A DNA stretch of 64,000 nt from Nitriliruptoraceae bacterium (GTDB taxonomy: Bacteria > Actinomycetota > Nitriliruptoria > Nitriliruptorales > Nitriliruptoraceae). Of this stretch, positions 58,589-64,000 are shown one piece after another. Made by a program: the position numbers and the translations under genes. Location of the stretch: positions 26,648 to 90,647 of the forward strand of contig JAGYKW010000007.1 of the NCBI GenBank assembly GCA_018401275.1, in the 5' to 3' direction. The notes below the pieces were generated by a model. The model did no database searches. It worked only from the letters and a program-made list of their open reading frames with translations, and had not been told where the DNA came from. How positions within the stretch are numbered: the stretch's first letter is position 1; every line of letters starts with the position of its first letter.

Positions 58589-59437
58589 TCAACGGCGAGC
58601 GACCAGCCCTTCGCCGCCGGCCGCCGCCTCGTCCTCGAGCGCGTACAGCACCGGCAGGGTCCGCACGCCCTCGCGCAGGTCGGTGCCGGGGATCTTGCCC
58701 GAGACCTCGGCGTCGGCGAGCAGGTCGATGAGGTCGTCGGACAGCTGGAACGCCATGCCGACCTCGAAGCCGTAGTTCGCCGCCGCCTCGACGCCCACCG
58801 CGTCGACACCGGAGAGCATCGCGCCGTAGCGGCATGACGTCTCGATCAGCGACGCGGTCTTGCCGGCGATGACCTCGAGGTAGTGCTCGCGCGTCGCGGG
58901 CAGGGGCGGCACGTCGTCGGGCAGCGCGCCGACACTCCCCTGCACCTCGGCGATCTGGCCCTCGCACAGGCGTGCGAGCGTGGCGGCCATGATGCGCGTC
59001 ACGTCGACACCGAGCTGCGCGGACAGGTCGGACGCACGGGCGAACAGGAAGTCGCCGGTCAGGATCGCGACGGTGTTGGTCCAGCGGGCGTTCGCGCTCG
59101 GGGTGCCGCGCCTGGCGGTCGCCTCGTCGATGACGTCGTCGTGGTAGAGGGTCGCGAGGTGCACGAGCTCGACGATCGCGGCCGCGTCGACGAGCTCGGG
59201 GCGCTGCGGGTCACCGAGGTGCCCGGTGAGTGCGACGAGCAGCGGACGGAACCGCTTGCCGCCGGCGTCGATGAGGTAGCGGGCCGCCCGGTCGACGAAC
59301 GCCTGCGAGGACGTGACCTGCTCGGTGAGGCGCCGCTCGACCGCTTCGAGCGTCGTGCTGACCGCGAGGCCGTGCTCGTCGAGCTCCGCGAGGACGGACG
59401 CCGGCACTGCGAGACGTGCCGGCCGGGGTCCGCTCAT
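58589..59437 (-). CDS. Trans-polyprenyl diphosphate synthase (long-chain, menaquinone side-chain type), possibly broken near its 3' end
   Basis: 282-aa ORF with FARM LATLYHDDVIDEA and SARM MAFQLSDDLIDL, and an ATGA overlap with the nuoN stop upstream. Only 45 aa follow the SARM, versus about 100 in relatives. A plausible continuation (…HEPLELLIESPELARRRL…) lies in the frame of ORF 58459..58809. Confidence 0.85.
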   Translation of the reverse strand: MSGPRPARLAVPASVLAELDEHGLAVSTTLEAVERRLTEQVTSSQAFVDRAARYLIDAGGKRFRPLLVALTGHLGDPQRPELVDAAAIVELVHLATLYHDDVIDEATARRGTPSANARWTNTVAILTGDFLFARASDLSAQLGVDVTRIMAATLARLCEGQIAEVQGSVGALPDDVPPLPATREHYLEVIAGKTASLIETSCRYGAMLSGVDAVGVEAAANYGFEVGMAFQLSDDLIDLLADAEVSGKIPGTDLREGVRTLPVLYALEDEAAAGGEGLVARR

Positions 59438-61122
59438 CGCAGCAGCACGCCGGCGTGACCGGCCAGCTCGATGAGCAGCTGCGGCTGGAGCCCGAGGACG
59501 ACGATCAGCGCGGCCGCGACCGCGACGGCCGAGGACAGGCCGGCCGACAGCAGCGGCATGCGTGCCTCCGCCGCCTCCATGGCCTCCACGTCGTCCCCGT
59601 CCCCATCCCCGTCCCCGTCTACCGCCACAGCCACCGCCTCAGGCGCGTCGTCGAGGAACATGATGCCGGCGATGCGCAGGTAGAAGGAGGCCGCGACCAG
59701 CGAGGACAGCACGCCGATGAGCACGAGCCAGGTCAGCCCAGCGTCCACGCCCGCACGGAACACCTCGAGCTTGCCGATGAAGCCGGCCGTGAGCGGCAGG
59801 CCGGCGAGCGAGAGCAGCGCGAGCGCCATGATGCCGGCGAGCAGCGGCGACGTGCGGCCGAGCCCACGCAGGTTGGTGAGCGTGACCTCGCCGCGGCGGC
59901 GGCGCTCGACGGCGATGACGACGCCGAACGCGGCGATCGTGCCGACCGCGTAGGTCAGCAGGTAGAGCAGGGTCGCCGACAGGCCGGCGCGGGTGAGCGT
60001 GAGCACGCCGATGGTCGCGTAGCCGGCGTGGGTGATCGACGAGTAGGCGAGGATGCGCTTCACGTCATGCTGGCTGAGCGCGGCGAACGCGCCGTACAGC
60101 ATGGTCGCGGCCGCCAGCACGGCGAGCACCGGCACCCAGTAGGCCTGCAGCCCGGGGAACGCGACCAGGTAGAGCCGCAGCAGCAGGGCGAACGCGGCGG
60201 CCTTGGTGGCTGCGGCCATGAACGCGGTGACGTTGGTCGGCGAGCCCTGGTAGACGTCGGGCGTCCAGAAGTGGAACGGGACGAGCGCGACCTTGAACGC
60301 GACCCCGACGGTGACGAGCACGAGGCCCGCCATCGCCACGCCGCGCGGCACGAGCACGCTGGTGATGCTCGCGCCGATCGCGGGGATCGAGAGCGTGCCG
60401 GTCGCGACGTAGAGCAGCGCGAGGCCGTAGAGCAGCACGGCCGAGGCGACCGCGCCGGTCACGAAGTACTTGAGCCCGGCCTCCTGGCTGCGACGGTCAC
60501 GGCGGGCGAGGCTCGCGAGCACGTACAGCGCGAACGACAGCACCTCGAGCGCGACGAACGCGGTGACGAGGTCGTTCGCCCCACCGAGCACCGCCATGCC
60601 GACGGCGGCGAGCAGGATGAGCGACTCGACCTCGGCGCGGTTGATGCGCCGCTCCTGCAGGTACGCGTAGCCGAGCGGCACGACGAGCAGCGCGGACAGG
60701 TAGACCGTCAGGCGCGTGAACAGCGAGAGGCCGTCGCTCGCGAGCGATCCGGCGAACGACGCTGACGCGACGAGGCTGCCCCCGTCCGCACCGAGCACCG
60801 GTCCGACCTGCCACAGCGTGAGCACGAGCGCGGCGCCCAGTGCGAGTCCCGCACCCCAGGCCTGCACGAGCGTCGCTCGTCCGGGGAGCACGATCGGCAG
60901 CACCGGGGCGGCCACGCCGAGCAGCGCGAGCACGACGCCGGGGACGAGGTCCCCGCCGATCGCGACCCACGCACCCAGCGCGATGGTGGCGAGCCCGACG
61001 GGCAGCATGACGAGCTGCGGACGCCCGCGCGTGATGGCGACGAGCAGCAGCACGAGCGCTGCGCCGGTGAGCACGAGCTCGGGCGCGATGGCGGCGAAGG
61101 ACACGTCGAGGAGCGGGTTCAT
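59434..61122 (-). CDS. nuoN: NADH-quinone oxidoreductase subunit N (cluster 1)
   Basis: 562-aa polytopic ORF MNPLLDVSFAAIAPELVLTGAALVLLL...FKVALVPFHFWTPDVYQGSP, with a (DG)n-containing insertion VAVDGDGDGDGDDVEAMEAAE near the C-terminus. Confidence 0.9.
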   Translation of the reverse strand: MNPLLDVSFAAIAPELVLTGAALVLLLVAITRGRPQLVMLPVGLATIALGAWVAIGGDLVPGVVLALLGVAAPVLPIVLPGRATLVQAWGAGLALGAALVLTLWQVGPVLGADGGSLVASASFAGSLASDGLSLFTRLTVYLSALLVVPLGYAYLQERRINRAEVESLILLAAVGMAVLGGANDLVTAFVALEVLSFALYVLASLARRDRRSQEAGLKYFVTGAVASAVLLYGLALLYVATGTLSIPAIGASITSVLVPRGVAMAGLVLVTVGVAFKVALVPFHFWTPDVYQGSPTNVTAFMAAATKAAAFALLLRLYLVAFPGLQAYWVPVLAVLAAATMLYGAFAALSQHDVKRILAYSSITHAGYATIGVLTLTRAGLSATLLYLLTYAVGTIAAFGVVIAVERRRRGEVTLTNLRGLGRTSPLLAGIMALALLSLAGLPLTAGFIGKLEVFRAGVDAGLTWLVLIGVLSSLVAASFYLRIAGIMFLDDAPEAVAVAVDGDGDGDGDDVEAMEAAEARMPLLSAGLSSAVAVAAALIVVLGLQPQLLIELAGHAGVLLR

Positions 61123-62611
61123 CGCACGCCTCCTGCGACGGCGGCGACCTCAGCGAGGACGCGGTCGACGGACGGCCCGACGAGGTCGAAGAGCGGTCCG
61201 GGATACAGCCCGATGGCGACGATGAGCACGATGAGCGGCGCCATGACGACGATCTCGCGGCGCGTCAGGTCCGGCGTGGTGCGGTTCGCCTCGGTCTCGA
61301 GCGGCCCGTGGAAGATGCGCTGGTAGGCCCACAGCAGGTAGAGCGCCGCGAGCACCGCACCGAACGCGGCGAGGATCGCGGCCGCACGGTTGGTCGCGAA
61401 CGTGCCGAGCAGGATGGGGAACTCGCCGACGAAGCCGTTGAGGCCGGGCAGCGCGAGCGAGGACATCGACACGACGAGCCACAGGCCGGCCATGACGGGG
61501 ACCTGCTTCGCGAGCCCACCGAAGTCCGCGATCATGCGGGTGTGGCGGCGCTCGTACAGGAACCCGATGAGCAGGAACAGCGCGCCGGTCGACAGGCCGT
61601 GGTTGACCATCTGCACGACGGCGGCGGTGGTCGCGATGTCGTTGAGCGCGAACGTGCCGAGCACGACGAAGCCCATGTGGCTGACCGACGAGTAGGCGAC
61701 GAGGCGCTTCACGTCGGACTGCATGAGCGCGACGATCGCGCCGTAGAGCACACCGACGACGCTGATGCCGATGAGCCACGGGGCGAACGCGATGGTCGCG
61801 TCGGGGAACAGCGGCATCGCGTAGCGCAGCAGGCCGAACGTGCCCATCTTGAGCAGCACGCCGGCGAGGAACACGCTGCCGCCGGTCGGCGCCTCGGTGT
61901 GCGCGTCAGGGAGCCACGTGTGCACCGGGAACAGCGGGACCTTGACGGCGAACGCGACGAGGAACGCGGCGAACAGCCAGGTCTGCTGCGCAGCGCTGAG
62001 CACCAGGCGGCCGGACACGACGGCGTCACGGATCGCGAGGTAGTCGAACGTGCCGGTCTGGGCGTGCACGTACAGGATGCCGACGAGCATGAGCAGGCCG
62101 CCGGCGAGCGTGTAGAGGAAGAACTTGACCGCGGCCGCACGCCGGCCCGCGCCACCCCAGATGCCGATGATCAGGTACATCGGGACGAGGGTGAACTCGA
62201 ACAGGACGTAGAACAGCAGCAGGTCGGTGGTCGCGAACACGCCGATGACGGCGGCCTGCAGCACGAGGAACGCGGCGGTGTAGCCGACGAAGCGGTCCTG
62301 GACGCTGCGCCATGAGGCGACGAGGATCAGCGGCATCAGGAACGTGGTCAGCAGGATGAGCACGAGGCTGACGCCGTCGACGGCGAACGCGAGCCGCGCA
62401 CCGATCGACGGGATCCAGGTCGCCGACTCGGCGAGCTGCAGGTCGGGGTTCGCGACGTCGAAGCGCGACAGCAGCCACAGCGACGACGCGAACGTGGCGA
62501 GCGACACGCCGAGGCCGAGCGCACGCACGTCGCGCTCGCGGGCACGCGGGGCGAGCGCGAGCAGCAGCGCGCCGATGAGCGGCGTGACGATCGTGAGGGT
62601 GATCGGACCCA

Positions 62612-62612
<1 letters not shown>
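61119..62612 (-). CDS. nuoM: NADH-quinone oxidoreductase subunit M (cluster 1)
   Basis: 497-aa ORF with FAVKVPLFPVHTWLPDAHTEAPTGGSVFLAGVLLK. ATGA overlap with nuoN. Confidence 0.93.

Positions 62613-64000
<1,388 letters not shown>

Overview
Very GC-rich actinobacterial chromosome segment (third codon positions are almost always G/C). It is almost entirely transcribed on the minus strand and is dominated by core genes. In transcription order (right to left): the 3' end of one nuo operon (nuoL-M-N), an ATGA-coupled polyprenyl diphosphate synthase, ung, then a second complete 11-gene nuoABCDHIJKLMN cluster with no nuoEFG. Next comes a RelE/antitoxin islet and the only plus-strand block (yajQ, nei, VTT/DedA-like). 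A tRNA-anchored variable region follows: tRNA-Tyr, a decayed GT4 glycosyltransferase, two identical tRNA-Thr(GGU) copies flanking a decayed YeeE/YedE gene, a DrrAB-like ABC exporter, XRE-antitoxin/VapC, and tRNA-Met. The rest is two MaoC-type dehydratases, tRNA-Trp, secE-nusG, rplKA, rplJL, rpoBC, rpsLG-fusA-tuf, the S10/spc/alpha ribosomal operons, truA, rplM-rpsI and the start of glmM. I found no rRNA, CRISPR array, transposase or integrase. Many gene pairs are translationally coupled (ATGA, GTGA or TGATG overlaps). Several starts are non-ATG (rpmJ, infA, rplW, secE GTG; rpoB TTG). Most worth a second look: (1) the NuoEFG-less complex I cluster, where NuoI is followed, in another reading frame, by a tandemly duplicated Lys/Arg-rich module I cannot assign to a known domain; (2) frame breaks confined to the 40-59 kb part (YeeE, GT4, nuoI, ung, polyprenyl synthase), while about 36 kb of translation and transcription genes is intact; (3) an 85-bp perfect direct repeat containing a whole tRNA-Thr; (4) unusual ribosomal proteins, namely L30 fused to a ~138-aa histone-H1/HupB-like AKK tail and L24 with a CxxC...CxxC C-terminus. 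All coordinates come from the ORF track plus my own reading of the sequence. No database search was possible.
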